In this document: positions 10,162 to 20,170 of the stretch, piece after piece
Position numbering within the stretch: position 1 is the first letter of the stretch
Layout of the letters: each line of letters opens with the position of its first letter
DNA from: Syntrophomonadaceae bacterium
GTDB taxonomy: Bacteria; Bacillota; PH28-bin88
Assembly: GCA_018333865.1 (NCBI GenBank)
Contig: JAGXSE010000065.1
Span: 48,794 to 112,793, forward strand
DNA: 64,000 bases
Direction of reading: 5' to 3'
Program-made: the position numbers and the translations under genes
The notes under the pieces: generated by a model
Databases searched by the model: none
Told to the model about the DNA's origin: nothing
Seen by the model: the letters and a program-made list of their open reading frames with translations, nothing else

Positions 10162-11652
10162 ATGAAACTGCCTGAGCTGTTAAAAGGCTTGCCGGTATTG
10201 GCTTCAAAAGGGGATCTGGAAGTTTTTATTCAATCCATCACTTATGATTCCCGCAAAGTTTGCTCCGGAGCCCTTTTTGTTGCTGTGAAGGGATTCAAAG
10301 TCGATGGTCATATATTCACTTCTGCTGCCGCAAGGGCCGGGGCCGCAGCCCTGGTGGTCCAGGAACCTATAGAAAACATTGATGACAGTGTGCCTGTGAT
10401 CAGGGTTGCTGACACCCGTTTTGCTCTGGGAATTTTATCGGCAAATTTCTACCGGTATCCCAGCCGGGAATTCCGGTTGGTTGGTGTAACCGGAACCAAT
10501 GGCAAGACAACCGTCACCCATCTGATTGAGGCAATTGCAGCTTACCATGGCATGCGGACCGGGCTAATTGGTACGGTTGGCAACAGAATTGCGGGCCGAT
10601 TGCTGTCATCAACTCATACCACGCCCGAGTCCCTGGATCTTCAGGACTTATTCCGGAAAATGGCTGATGAGAAGGTTCAGTATGTATCCATGGAAGTTTC
10701 ATCCCATGCGCTGGAGCTAAATCGAGTTGTGGGCTCTGAGTTTGATGCTGCTGTCTTCACTAACCTGACCCAGGATCACCTGGACTTCCATTCTGATATG
10801 GAGGCCTATTTTGCGGCGAAGGCTAAATTATTTTCCTCTTTAGACCAGGAAGCTTTTAAGCCAGGCCATAAATACGCTGTCATAAATGCTGATAGTGACT
10901 GGGGGAGGCGGCTGGCTGCAATGTCACCGGTTCCGGTTTATTCCTATAGCATTGAATCTGCCGCAGATGTTTCGGCCAGGGATATTTCCATCAATCTCAC
11001 AGGAGCTGCCTTTGATGTGGTTTGCAAAGAAGGATCTTTCCCTGTGAAATTGAAACTAACCGGAAAGTTCAGTGTTTACAACGCCCTGGCTGCCTTCGCC
11101 TGGGGCCTTGGCGAGGGCTTTCCTCCTGAGAGCATCTGTCAGGCTTTGGCAGGAGTGGCAGGTGCGCCGGGGCGTTTTGAAATGGTGAACTGCGGGCAGC
11201 TCTTTGGGGTTATTATTGATTACGCCCATACTCCTGATGGGCTGGTGAATATTCTTCAGACAGCTAAGGATGTTGCCCAGGGGAGGATTATAACCTTATT
11301 TGGCTGTGGAGGAGACCGGGACCGTAAAAAGCGGCCTCTTATGGGGGAGGCAGCTGCCCGTCTCAGCAATATTGTCATTGTAACATCCGATAATCCTCGC
11401 AGTGAAGATCCAGTGGGGATCATTGAAGAGATCCTGCCAGGGATTAAAGCCGCCGGCAATGAGGATTATCATGTAATACCAGATCGCTATCAAGCCATTG
11501 CGGCAGCAATAGATTTGGCTCAGCCAGGGGATCTGGTGATCATAGCTGGCAAAGGACACGAGAATTATCAAATAATTGGCCAGCAGACCCTGCCCTTTGA
11601 TGATAAAGAGGTGGCCTGTCGACTGTTAAAGGAAAAGGGGTATCAGTGTTGA
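10162..11652 (+). CDS. murE: UDP-N-acetylmuramoyl-L-alanyl-D-glutamate--2,6-diaminopimelate ligase
   Basis: Mur ligase P-loop GVTGTNGKTT; DNPR motif typical of meso-DAP-adding MurE; ATG 10162 chosen for AAGAGG RBS. Confidence 0.9.
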   Translation: MKLPELLKGLPVLASKGDLEVFIQSITYDSRKVCSGALFVAVKGFKVDGHIFTSAAARAGAAALVVQEPIENIDDSVPVIRVADTRFALGILSANFYRYPSREFRLVGVTGTNGKTTVTHLIEAIAAYHGMRTGLIGTVGNRIAGRLLSSTHTTPESLDLQDLFRKMADEKVQYVSMEVSSHALELNRVVGSEFDAAVFTNLTQDHLDFHSDMEAYFAAKAKLFSSLDQEAFKPGHKYAVINADSDWGRRLAAMSPVPVYSYSIESAADVSARDISINLTGAAFDVVCKEGSFPVKLKLTGKFSVYNALAAFAWGLGEGFPPESICQALAGVAGAPGRFEMVNCGQLFGVIIDYAHTPDGLVNILQTAKDVAQGRIITLFGCGGDRDRKKRPLMGEAAARLSNIVIVTSDNPRSEDPVGIIEEILPGIKAAGNEDYHVIPDRYQAIAAAIDLAQPGDLVIIAGKGHENYQIIGQQTLPFDDKEVACRLLKEKGYQC

Positions 11653-13028
11653 ATATCAGGGAGGTAGCAGAAGCTGTTAAAGGTTGTCTGCTAGCAGGGG
11701 ATAGCACTCAGGTTTTTGGCGGTGTGAGCACTGATAGCCGGCGAGTTGTTCCTGATACCATATTTGTAGCTCTGGCAGGGCAGAAGTATGATGGTCACCG
11801 CTTTGTAATTGAAGCGTTGGATAGGGGCGCGGCTGGGGCAATAGTATCCCGGCAGGCAGACCTGCCTCCCCATTATAGAGAACGGGTGCTGATCAGAGTG
11901 GAAAATACTCTGAAAGCTCTGCAAGACCTTGCTGTTGCGTGGAGACAGCAGTTTCAAGTCCCTGTTGTGGGAGTTACGGGCTCAAACGGCAAAACCACAA
12001 CCAAGGATATGATTGCCGATGTGCTTGGTATTAAGCTGCCTACCCTGAAAACCGAAGCTAACCTCAACAATGAAATTGGTTTGCCTTTAACCCTCCTGCA
12101 ACTGCAACCGCATCATAAAGCAGTGGTGGTTGAGATGGGCATGCGCGGCCTGGGGCAGATCAGTCAGCTTTGTGAGATTGCTAGGCCGCGTATTGGTGTG
12201 ATAACCAATATCGGGGTTGCCCATCTGGAACTCCTAGGAACCGTTGAAAATATTGCCAGGGCAAAAGGGGAATTGATTGAACAGATCCCTGTTGAAGGAT
12301 ATGCCGTACTAAACGGTGATGACCCATGGTGCAGGAAAATCAGCCAAAGGTGCAGCGGGAAGACAATCTTTTACGGTTTAGAATCTCCTGTGCAGGTGAA
12401 AGCAAGAAACATCCGTTACCGGGGTGAAGCCGGGATGGAGTTTGAGGCTGATATCGAGGGAGAGAGGGCTCCTGCCTTTTTGCCGGCGATGGGTGAGCAT
12501 AATGTAAGAAATGCCATCGCTGCTATCGGTGTGGGCTATTGTTTGGGCCTCACCCTGGAGGAGGCGGTTCGGGGATTAGCCAGCCTATCTTTAAGCTCCA
12601 TGCGACTGCAGATAGTGCCTTCTTCCCATGGGGGGATGATCATAAACGATGCTTATAATGCAAATCCGGATTCTACTGTCGCATCCCTTGAAGTGCTTAG
12701 CAAGATCAGGAAAAATAGGGCGATTGCAGTGCTAGGCGATATGTATGAACTGGGGCCTTTGGTTGAAAGGGGGCATTATCAGGTGGGAGAGACTGCCGCT
12801 CATTTGGGTATTGATATTTTGGTGGCGGTGGGTCCCCTTTCCCGGCACACAGTTGCAGGAGCTATTGCTGCTGGAATGGATGCAAAGAGGGTAGCATACT
12901 GCAAAACCAAGGAAGAAGCCCTTGCATTTTTACTGGGGATATTGCTGGAAGGAGATACAGTGCTTGTTAAAGCGTCCAGAGGAATGGCCATGGAACAAAT
13001 AGTGCAGGGACTGACAAGAATGAGGTGA
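11646..13028 (+). CDS. murF: UDP-N-acetylmuramoyl-tripeptide--D-alanyl-D-alanine ligase
   Basis: Mur ligase P-loop GVTGSNGKTTTK; dcw position after murE. Confidence 0.9.
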   Translation: MLNIREVAEAVKGCLLAGDSTQVFGGVSTDSRRVVPDTIFVALAGQKYDGHRFVIEALDRGAAGAIVSRQADLPPHYRERVLIRVENTLKALQDLAVAWRQQFQVPVVGVTGSNGKTTTKDMIADVLGIKLPTLKTEANLNNEIGLPLTLLQLQPHHKAVVVEMGMRGLGQISQLCEIARPRIGVITNIGVAHLELLGTVENIARAKGELIEQIPVEGYAVLNGDDPWCRKISQRCSGKTIFYGLESPVQVKARNIRYRGEAGMEFEADIEGERAPAFLPAMGEHNVRNAIAAIGVGYCLGLTLEEAVRGLASLSLSSMRLQIVPSSHGGMIINDAYNANPDSTVASLEVLSKIRKNRAIAVLGDMYELGPLVERGHYQVGETAAHLGIDILVAVGPLSRHTVAGAIAAGMDAKRVAYCKTKEEALAFLLGILLEGDTVLVKASRGMAMEQIVQGLTRMR

Positions 13029-13987
13029 TTTATCTGCACCCGGCAATAACTGCCTTTTTACTGTCTTTAGTTTTGTGTCTCTTAAGCGGACCCATCTTGA
13101 TACCCCTACTGCGCAGGCTGAAACTCGGCCAGAGTGTGCGCAGTGATGGACCACGGAGGCATTTACTTAAAACAGGCACTCCGACCATGGGCGGCATTAT
13201 GTTTTTACTTTCTACTACCGTGGCAACCCTGAGTGTTGCTCCTGCGGCAACTCTGGCGGGGACGGCGCTCCTGGTTACTTTGGGCCATGGGCTGATTGGC
13301 TTTGCAGATGATTTTTTTAAAATTGTCTTGCGGCGCCCTTTAGGTTTAAAAGCAAGGCATAAATTACTCGGGCAGGCCCTATTAGGCATTGTTTTGGCAA
13401 TAACTGTTGCAACTTATTTGGGACGGGAAACAGAGCTAACCATACCCTTTTGGGAGACAGTAATTCCTTTAGGGACTTTTTACTATTTTTTTGTAGTACT
13501 GATGGTTATGGGTTTATCAAATGCTGTAAACTTAACTGACGGACTGGATGGTTTGGCAGCAGGGGCTGCGTTTTTCGCTGCCTTAACCTATGCCGTCTTA
13601 ATGGCCTGGCAGGGACATAATGAATTGGCTATTTTTGCTGCGGCCTTGGCCGGTGGCTGCCTGGGGTTTTTAGGTTTCAACCGTCACCCTGCCAAGGTCT
13701 TTATGGGTGATACCGGGTCCTTGGCGCTCGGCGCAGGGTTGGCTGCTCTGGCCGTCCTATCAGGTACCGAGCTTTTGATGCTGATTGTGGGCGGGGTTTT
13801 TGTCGTTGAAACCGTTTCAGTGATCATTCAGGTATTAAGTTTCCGCTTAACCGGCAGGCGAGTTTTTCGCATGAGCCCCCTGCACCACCATTTTGAACTG
13901 ACCGGTTGGCCGGAAACCAAAGTAGTCAGGGCTTTTTGGCTTTGGGGAATCGGCTTTGGCCTAGCTGGATTAGCTGCCTATATTTAG
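13025..13987 (+). CDS. mraY: phospho-N-acetylmuramoyl-pentapeptide transferase
   Basis: 320 aa polytopic membrane protein with NAVNLTDGLDGLA motif; start overlaps murF stop. Confidence 0.95.
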   Translation: MIYLHPAITAFLLSLVLCLLSGPILIPLLRRLKLGQSVRSDGPRRHLLKTGTPTMGGIMFLLSTTVATLSVAPAATLAGTALLVTLGHGLIGFADDFFKIVLRRPLGLKARHKLLGQALLGIVLAITVATYLGRETELTIPFWETVIPLGTFYYFFVVLMVMGLSNAVNLTDGLDGLAAGAAFFAALTYAVLMAWQGHNELAIFAAALAGGCLGFLGFNRHPAKVFMGDTGSLALGAGLAALAVLSGTELLMLIVGGVFVVETVSVIIQVLSFRLTGRRVFRMSPLHHHFELTGWPETKVVRAFWLWGIGFGLAGLAAYI

Positions 13988-14018
13988 CTTTTTCCTATTA
14001 GATGCGGAGGAATTCTTA

Positions 14019-15398
14019 ATGAAGTGGGAAGGAACCAGAGTTGTTATTTTCGGGATGGCCCGCAGCGGTGCTGCTGCGGCTAAAGTCTTGGCGCAATTAG
14101 GCGCAGTCGTCACTTTGTGTGACCAGAAATCAAGTGACGAATTAACTGCAGTAATCAGGGACCTGGCCGGGACTGGTATTAAAGCTGTGACCGGAGGATA
14201 TCCGACAGATATTTCGTCAGCGACCGACCTGATTATCATCAGTCCGGGGGTCCCCCTGACAATTCCTCCTCTAGTTAAGGCTGCGGAGGCAGGGGTTCCC
14301 ATTTGGGGCGAATTGGAGCTTGCTTACCGGTTGGCAAAGGCGTCTATAGTAGCAATCACCGGCACAAACGGAAAAACCACTACAACTGCCCTGATCGGGC
14401 AGATGTTTAAAGATGGGGATCGAGAAGTGAGGGTTGGGGGTAATATAGGGGTGCCTTTATGCCAACTTGCGGTGGAAGCGGCCCCGCCAGAGGTCCTGGT
14501 AGCTGAAGTTAGCAGTTTTCAGCTGGAGACCATTCACCAATTTAAGCCCCGGGTGGCCGTCATTTTAAATGTAACTCCTGACCACTTAGACCGGCATGGC
14601 ACTTTTGCCAATTACCTCAATGCCAAGAGTATGATTTTTAGCCAGCAGTCAGAAGAGGACTATACTATTCTGAATTTTGACGACCATGAGACCCGGGCGT
14701 TAGCCGAAAAAACTTCCGCCAGTGTGATTTTTTTTAGCAGACAATCGGACTTGAACGAAGGAATCTGTGTAGTCGACGGTGAGGTCAGGGTGCGGCTCAA
14801 GGGTAGAGAAACAGGGGTCATCCCTGTTAAAGACATCGCTATTCCAGGCAGCCATAATCTGGAAAATGCTCTGGCAGCAGTAGCGGCAGGGTGGGTGATG
14901 GGGCTTGAGGCACCGTCCCTTGCTCATACCCTGAAGACTTTTCCTGGTGTGCCCCACCGGTTGGAGTTTGCCGGGGAGTATCAGGGGATCAGGTTTATCA
15001 ATGATTCCAAAGGCACCAACCCTGATGCTGCCATCAAGGCGTTGATGTCCTACCGGCAGCCAATAGTGCTTATTGCAGGCGGAAGAAACAAAGGCGGAGA
15101 GTTTTCCTCCTATGCAAAACTAATCCGGCAAAAGGTTAAGGCCCTGGTGTTGGTAGGAGAAGCTGCCGGCCAAATAGAAGAGGCCATAGTCAACGAGGGG
15201 TATGCAAATTATTACAGGGCTGATACTTTTCCAGCGGCTGTCCGGAAAGCAGCTGAACTTGCTGCCGCTGGGGATATAGTGCTTCTGTCCCCTGCTTGCG
15301 CTAGCTGGGATATGTTTAACAATTTTGAGGAACGAGGAGATGTCTTTAAGAAAACTGTGAGTGAAATAATAGAGGAATGGAAAGCCCAAATCTCCTAA
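14019..15398 (+). CDS. murD: UDP-N-acetylmuramoylalanine--D-glutamate ligase
   Basis: Mur ligase P-loop ITGTNGKTTT; dcw position. Confidence 0.9.
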   Translation: MKWEGTRVVIFGMARSGAAAAKVLAQLGAVVTLCDQKSSDELTAVIRDLAGTGIKAVTGGYPTDISSATDLIIISPGVPLTIPPLVKAAEAGVPIWGELELAYRLAKASIVAITGTNGKTTTTALIGQMFKDGDREVRVGGNIGVPLCQLAVEAAPPEVLVAEVSSFQLETIHQFKPRVAVILNVTPDHLDRHGTFANYLNAKSMIFSQQSEEDYTILNFDDHETRALAEKTSASVIFFSRQSDLNEGICVVDGEVRVRLKGRETGVIPVKDIAIPGSHNLENALAAVAAGWVMGLEAPSLAHTLKTFPGVPHRLEFAGEYQGIRFINDSKGTNPDAAIKALMSYRQPIVLIAGGRNKGGEFSSYAKLIRQKVKALVLVGEAAGQIEEAIVNEGYANYYRADTFPAAVRKAAELAAAGDIVLLSPACASWDMFNNFEERGDVFKKTVSEIIEEWKAQIS

Positions 15399-15426
15399 GG
15401 TTAAGATAGGCTGGAGGTTATGCAAA

Positions 15427-16524
15427 ATGCGTTGGAAGAAGGGTTCTCCTGATTATATACTTATCTTGACTATTTTATTGTTGTTAAGTATAGGAATTAT
15501 AATGGTATTCAGCGCTAGTGCCTATTCGGCCATGCTGGACAAAGGAGACCGCTTTTTCTATTTAAAACGCCAAGTGCTGTGGACACTGATCAGTCTCCCG
15601 ATAATGGCTTTTGTAATGAACATCGATTATTTCCGACTGAAAAGATTTGCCGGTTTATTTTTGATAATTTCCTTAGTAATCCTTTTTTTGGTACCGGTAA
15701 TAGGTGTTTCCAAGTACGGGGCTACCCGCAGTATTGACCTTGGGGTCATTGCTTTTCAGCCATCTGAACTGGTAAAACCAATCGCAGCGATGTTTATGGC
15801 CAAAAGTTTAAGCGATAACCAGGCTTACCTGCACCAGTTATTCAAGGGACTTTTCCCCCAATTGCTCACCCTGGCAATTATTGTCGGCTTAATAATGGCC
15901 CAGCCCGACCTGGGGACAGCAGTCGCGGTAGCCGGTGCCTGTTTTGTGATGTTTATCGCGGCTGGAGTGCGGCTGGCCCATTTATTTCCCTTGGGTCTGA
16001 TCGGGCTTGGTGGCACTGCCATTTTGATAGCCAGCGAGGAATACCGTATGCGCCGGATTCTGGCTTTTTTAGCTCCGGAAAAAGACCCAACAGGCGCAGG
16101 GTTTCAAATCATTCAATCTTTAATGGCTTTGGGTTCAGGCGGGCTTTTTGGCATGGGTCTGGGGGAAGGAAGACAAAAGCTCCTGTATATTCCTGAAAGA
16201 CATACAGATTTTATTTTTGCTATAATCGGTGAAGAGCTGGGCTTTATAGGCATTACCGTAGTTATAATTTTGTTTGCCATTTTAGTCTGGCGGGGATTCA
16301 GGATTGCTGTCAATGCGCCAGATATTTACGGAAGCTTGCTTGCGGTTGGCTTGACAACAATGGTGGTTCTGCCGGCTGTGATCAATATGGGTGTTGTTAG
16401 CGGTTCTCTGCCTATTACAGGGATTGCACTTCCGTTTATCAGTTATGGGGGCTCTTCCCTTTTATTTACCCTGATAGGTATGGGTATGCTGCTAAACATC
16501 TCCTGTTACGGGACACAACGTTGA
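15427..16524 (+). CDS. ftsW: SEDS family peptidoglycan polymerase FtsW/SpoVE
   Basis: 365 aa, about 10 TM segments, SEDS core motifs; dcw position between murD and murG. Confidence 0.9.
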   Translation: MRWKKGSPDYILILTILLLLSIGIIMVFSASAYSAMLDKGDRFFYLKRQVLWTLISLPIMAFVMNIDYFRLKRFAGLFLIISLVILFLVPVIGVSKYGATRSIDLGVIAFQPSELVKPIAAMFMAKSLSDNQAYLHQLFKGLFPQLLTLAIIVGLIMAQPDLGTAVAVAGACFVMFIAAGVRLAHLFPLGLIGLGGTAILIASEEYRMRRILAFLAPEKDPTGAGFQIIQSLMALGSGGLFGMGLGEGRQKLLYIPERHTDFIFAIIGEELGFIGITVVIILFAILVWRGFRIAVNAPDIYGSLLAVGLTTMVVLPAVINMGVVSGSLPITGIALPFISYGGSSLLFTLIGMGMLLNISCYGTQR

Positions 16525-16543
16525 CTGTTAGGGGGAGTAACGC

Positions 16544-17695
16544 TTGCGTATTGTGATTACAGGTGGGGGAACAGGGGGACATATTTATCCCGCCATAGCT
16601 ATTGCTAAGGGCCTACTCTCCCGCTGCCGGCAGACAAAAGTGTTGTATTTAGGGACACCAAAAGGGATGGAGGCAGAACTCGTCCCCAGAGAAGGTATTG
16701 ATTTCTATCCAGTGGCTAGCGAGGGTTGGAACAGAAAGCTGTCCTTGCAGACACCCCTCTTAGGAATTCGCCTGTTCCAAGGGATAATGCAGGCATGGTC
16801 AGTTCTAGGGAAGTTCAAACCTCATGTGGTGGTAGGCACCGGCGGTTTTGTTTGCGGGCCGGTAGTGCTGGCCGCAGCCCTCAGAGGATTCCCCATCGTG
16901 TTACATGAGCAAAATGCATGGCCCGGCCTGACTAATCGATATCTTTCTGGATTAGCCCAAGCTGTTTGCCTTACTTTTCCAGAAGCTTCCCAGTATCTTA
17001 GCCGGAAGGATCATCTTCATATAACAGGGATGCCTGTTCGAGAGGAAATATGTTCCGTTTCCCGGCAAGAAAGCGCCAAAAAACCAAATCTGAACCCCGA
17101 TGTATTCTCCGTGCTGGTTGTGGGAGGGAGCCGCGGGGCAAAGAGCATTAACAAGGCCGTCGTTATGCTTGCTAAAGAAATACAGGGTCGCTCAGGAATT
17201 AAACTGCTCCATGTTACCGGACAAGCTGGATATAAGGAAGTGCTGGCATGGATGGCAGAAGCAGGAATAACCCTGTCGGAAAAAGGGAACATTACTATCG
17301 TACCCTATATTTACCAAATGGAGAATGCCCTGGCAGCTGCTGACCTGATTGTTTCCCGGGCAGGTGCAGCGTTTATTTCCGAGCTTTTAGTTTGCGGGCG
17401 GCCGTCGATCCTGGTACCCTATCCTCATGCGGCCGAGAATCACCAGGAGTACAATGCCAGGGTACTGGAAAAGGTAAAGGCGGCTGTCGTAATCCTTGAC
17501 AAGGAGCTGGATGGCAACAGACTGTGTTTCGAGGTCAGTCGTTTGATGAATAGTCCGGAACTGCTGCGAGAGATGGGGGAACAGGCCGTAGCCCTCGCCA
17601 GGCCAGATGCCCTCAATTCAATTTTGGACATCATTAAACAAGTTGAGAAGGAATACCGGCAAAGAAAGTTCCGGCAGGCCTGCAAAATGAACTAG
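16544..17695 (+). CDS. murG: undecaprenyldiphospho-muramoylpentapeptide beta-N-acetylglucosaminyltransferase
   Basis: ITGGGTGGHIYPA start, GT28 fold pattern; TTG start. Confidence 0.9.
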   Translation: MRIVITGGGTGGHIYPAIAIAKGLLSRCRQTKVLYLGTPKGMEAELVPREGIDFYPVASEGWNRKLSLQTPLLGIRLFQGIMQAWSVLGKFKPHVVVGTGGFVCGPVVLAAALRGFPIVLHEQNAWPGLTNRYLSGLAQAVCLTFPEASQYLSRKDHLHITGMPVREEICSVSRQESAKKPNLNPDVFSVLVVGGSRGAKSINKAVVMLAKEIQGRSGIKLLHVTGQAGYKEVLAWMAEAGITLSEKGNITIVPYIYQMENALAAADLIVSRAGAAFISELLVCGRPSILVPYPHAAENHQEYNARVLEKVKAAVVILDKELDGNRLCFEVSRLMNSPELLREMGEQAVALARPDALNSILDIIKQVEKEYRQRKFRQACKMN

Positions 17696-17815
17696 GCTGC
17701 AGCTTTTTTACGGACAAGCTTTAACAGGAACACTTTCAACATTGCTGCATAGTATAAAGATGTGTTTGTGCAGGATAAATAGTAATATATGCCGCTCAAA
17801 AAAGGGGTGGGTTAA

Positions 17816-19246
17816 TTGACCGAAGGTCATGAATGGACACATTTTGTTGGTATCGGGGGCGCAGGAATGAGCGGGTTAGCCAAGATACTATTAGCCTTGG
17901 GCTACCCTGTTTCTGGGTCCGATTTGAAAAAATCTAAAGTTACGGATAGGTTGGAGCGAGCAGGTGCAATTATTGTTGAGGGGCATTCAGCTGAAAACTT
18001 GCGCGGTGAAGTTAATCTGGTAGTAGTTTCCTCTGCTATTCCAAAAGATAACCCGGAAATGATGGCAGCACAGGCCAAAGGAATTCCTGTCATCCAGCGG
18101 GCCGAACTCTTGGCACGCTTGATGAAAAGACAAAGGGCGATTGCAGTGGCAGGTGCCCATGGAAAAACGACAACTACTTCAATGATTGCTATGGTACTGG
18201 ACAAAAATGGTTTAGACCCAACTGTGATTGTAGGAGGCGAGTTAAACGATATCGGAGGTAATGCCAGGCTTGGTCATGGCCGATATCTGGTCGCCGAAGC
18301 GGATGAAAGTGATAAATCTTTTCTGAAGCTATACCCTTACATAGCCGTCATCACCAACATCGAAAACGATCACTTGGACCACTACGGGACCTTTGCCAAT
18401 ATTGTCGAAAGTTTTGAGGAATTCATCGAAAAGGTGCCGGAAGAAGGTTTTGTTGTGGCCTGCACTGATGACCCCGAATTAAAACGGATTTCGAAGGAGG
18501 GACGACGGAAGTTTATTACTTACGGGTTGAGCGGCGGTCCAGATTATTCTGCGAAAAAAGTAAAAATCAGGGGAATCGGCTCTGCGGCAGAAGTATATTT
18601 TCGCAAAGAGAAATTGGGAATTTTAAAACTTACAGTTCCTGGTAAACACAATGTAAGCAATGCCCTGGCCGCTGTAGCTGTGGGTCATGAGCTTGGGTTG
18701 CCTTTTGAGGATATTGCCGCTGCCTTGACCACCTTCCGCGGAGTTGACCGGCGTTTTCAAATCCTGGGAATATCTGATGGTATTCAGGTGGTAGATGATT
18801 ATGGTCATCATCCGACAGAGGTTCGGGTAACTCTGGCTGCAGCTAAGGCCACCAATCCCCGGCGGCTGATTGTTGTTTTTCAACCCCACAGGTATTCAAG
18901 GACTAAATTTTTAGCAACAGAATTTGGCCCAGCCTTTCAGGAAGCTGACCTTGCAATTATCACCGGTATTTATGCTGCGGGCGAAGCTCCAATTGAAGGG
19001 ATCTCGGGTGAAGTAATAGCAAAAGAAGCTGCAAATTATTGCCCTCATGTTGAGTATATTCCGTGCCTGGAGGAAGTAGTACTTTATCTGTTGCGGGAGT
19101 GTAAGCCTGGTGATCTGGTGCTCACCATGGGTGCCGGAAATATTCATCAGGCAGGCGAGGCTTTGGTAGAACATCTGACTGCTAAAAACGAGGTCACAAT
19201 CACATTACCAGCCGGCAGCATGGCTGGGGGTGGCAAGATTGGTTAG
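17816..19246 (+). CDS. murC: UDP-N-acetylmuramate--L-alanine ligase
   Basis: HFVGIGGAGMSGLA and GAHGKTTTTS motifs. Confidence 0.9.
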   Translation: MTEGHEWTHFVGIGGAGMSGLAKILLALGYPVSGSDLKKSKVTDRLERAGAIIVEGHSAENLRGEVNLVVVSSAIPKDNPEMMAAQAKGIPVIQRAELLARLMKRQRAIAVAGAHGKTTTTSMIAMVLDKNGLDPTVIVGGELNDIGGNARLGHGRYLVAEADESDKSFLKLYPYIAVITNIENDHLDHYGTFANIVESFEEFIEKVPEEGFVVACTDDPELKRISKEGRRKFITYGLSGGPDYSAKKVKIRGIGSAAEVYFRKEKLGILKLTVPGKHNVSNALAAVAVGHELGLPFEDIAAALTTFRGVDRRFQILGISDGIQVVDDYGHHPTEVRVTLAAAKATNPRRLIVVFQPHRYSRTKFLATEFGPAFQEADLAIITGIYAAGEAPIEGISGEVIAKEAANYCPHVEYIPCLEEVVLYLLRECKPGDLVLTMGAGNIHQAGEALVEHLTAKNEVTITLPAGSMAGGGKIG

Positions 19247-20141
19247 GCATCAAGTACTGCAGGAATTAGCCCAACTAGAGGGTGAGATCATGGTCAATGA
19301 ACCAATGTTCCGCCATACGACTTGGCGCATCGGTGGCTCTGCAGATATCTTGGTGATGCCAAAATCCATACCGGCTTTGAAAAACTGTCTGGAACTGGCA
19401 GAAAGGCATCAATTAGCGGTTACTGTTATCGGCAATGGATCAAATGTATTGGTTAGAGACGGTGGCATCAGGGGAATGGTGATCAAGACCACCCTTTTGA
19501 CTGCTGTAGAGTTGGATGGGACCATTATTAAGGCGGAGGGGGGCTTTCCTCTCCCTGCTCTGGTACAGGTATCCGCAAAGGCAGGTCTTCAAGGACTGGA
19601 ATTTGCAGCTGGAATCCCGGGAACTCTGGGTGGTGCCCTGGCCATGAATGCCGGGGCCGGGCAAGGCAGTTTCAATGATATTTTAAGGGAAGTCACCGTG
19701 ATAAAAGAAAATGGTACCATTGAAACCCTTTCACCGCACCAGATTTCCTTTGGTTACCGAAAAAGCAGCCTGAAAAAACCTGGTCAAATTATAGTCGCTG
19801 CTGTTTTGGCCCTTGCACCTGGATCCCCGGCAGAGATCCAGCAAAAGATAAAAGAATTGTTGCAAAGCCGCCGGGCGAAACAGCCCTTAAATTGGCCAAA
19901 CGCTGGCAGTGTCTTTGCTAATCCTGCAGGTTATGCTGCCGGGTATCTGATTGAACAGACCGGAGCAAAGGGTTTGACCAGGGGCAGAGCTCAAGTATCT
20001 GAGCTTCATGCCAATTTTATCATTAATCTTGGCGGAGCAACTGCCGGGGATGTGGAGGGGCTGATTGAAGAAGTTCGCCGCAGAGTAATGGATAAATATG
20101 GCATAGAACTCTGGCTGGAAATACAGATCTTTGGTGAATAA
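19230..20141 (+). CDS. murB: UDP-N-acetylenolpyruvoylglucosamine reductase
   Basis: 303 aa FAD-binding MurB pattern (GNGSNVL etc.). Confidence 0.9.
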   Translation: MARLVRHQVLQELAQLEGEIMVNEPMFRHTTWRIGGSADILVMPKSIPALKNCLELAERHQLAVTVIGNGSNVLVRDGGIRGMVIKTTLLTAVELDGTIIKAEGGFPLPALVQVSAKAGLQGLEFAAGIPGTLGGALAMNAGAGQGSFNDILREVTVIKENGTIETLSPHQISFGYRKSSLKKPGQIIVAAVLALAPGSPAEIQQKIKELLQSRRAKQPLNWPNAGSVFANPAGYAAGYLIEQTGAKGLTRGRAQVSELHANFIINLGGATAGDVEGLIEEVRRRVMDKYGIELWLEIQIFGE

Positions 20142-20170
20142 CATGGAATGGAACCGGGGGGAGTGACAAC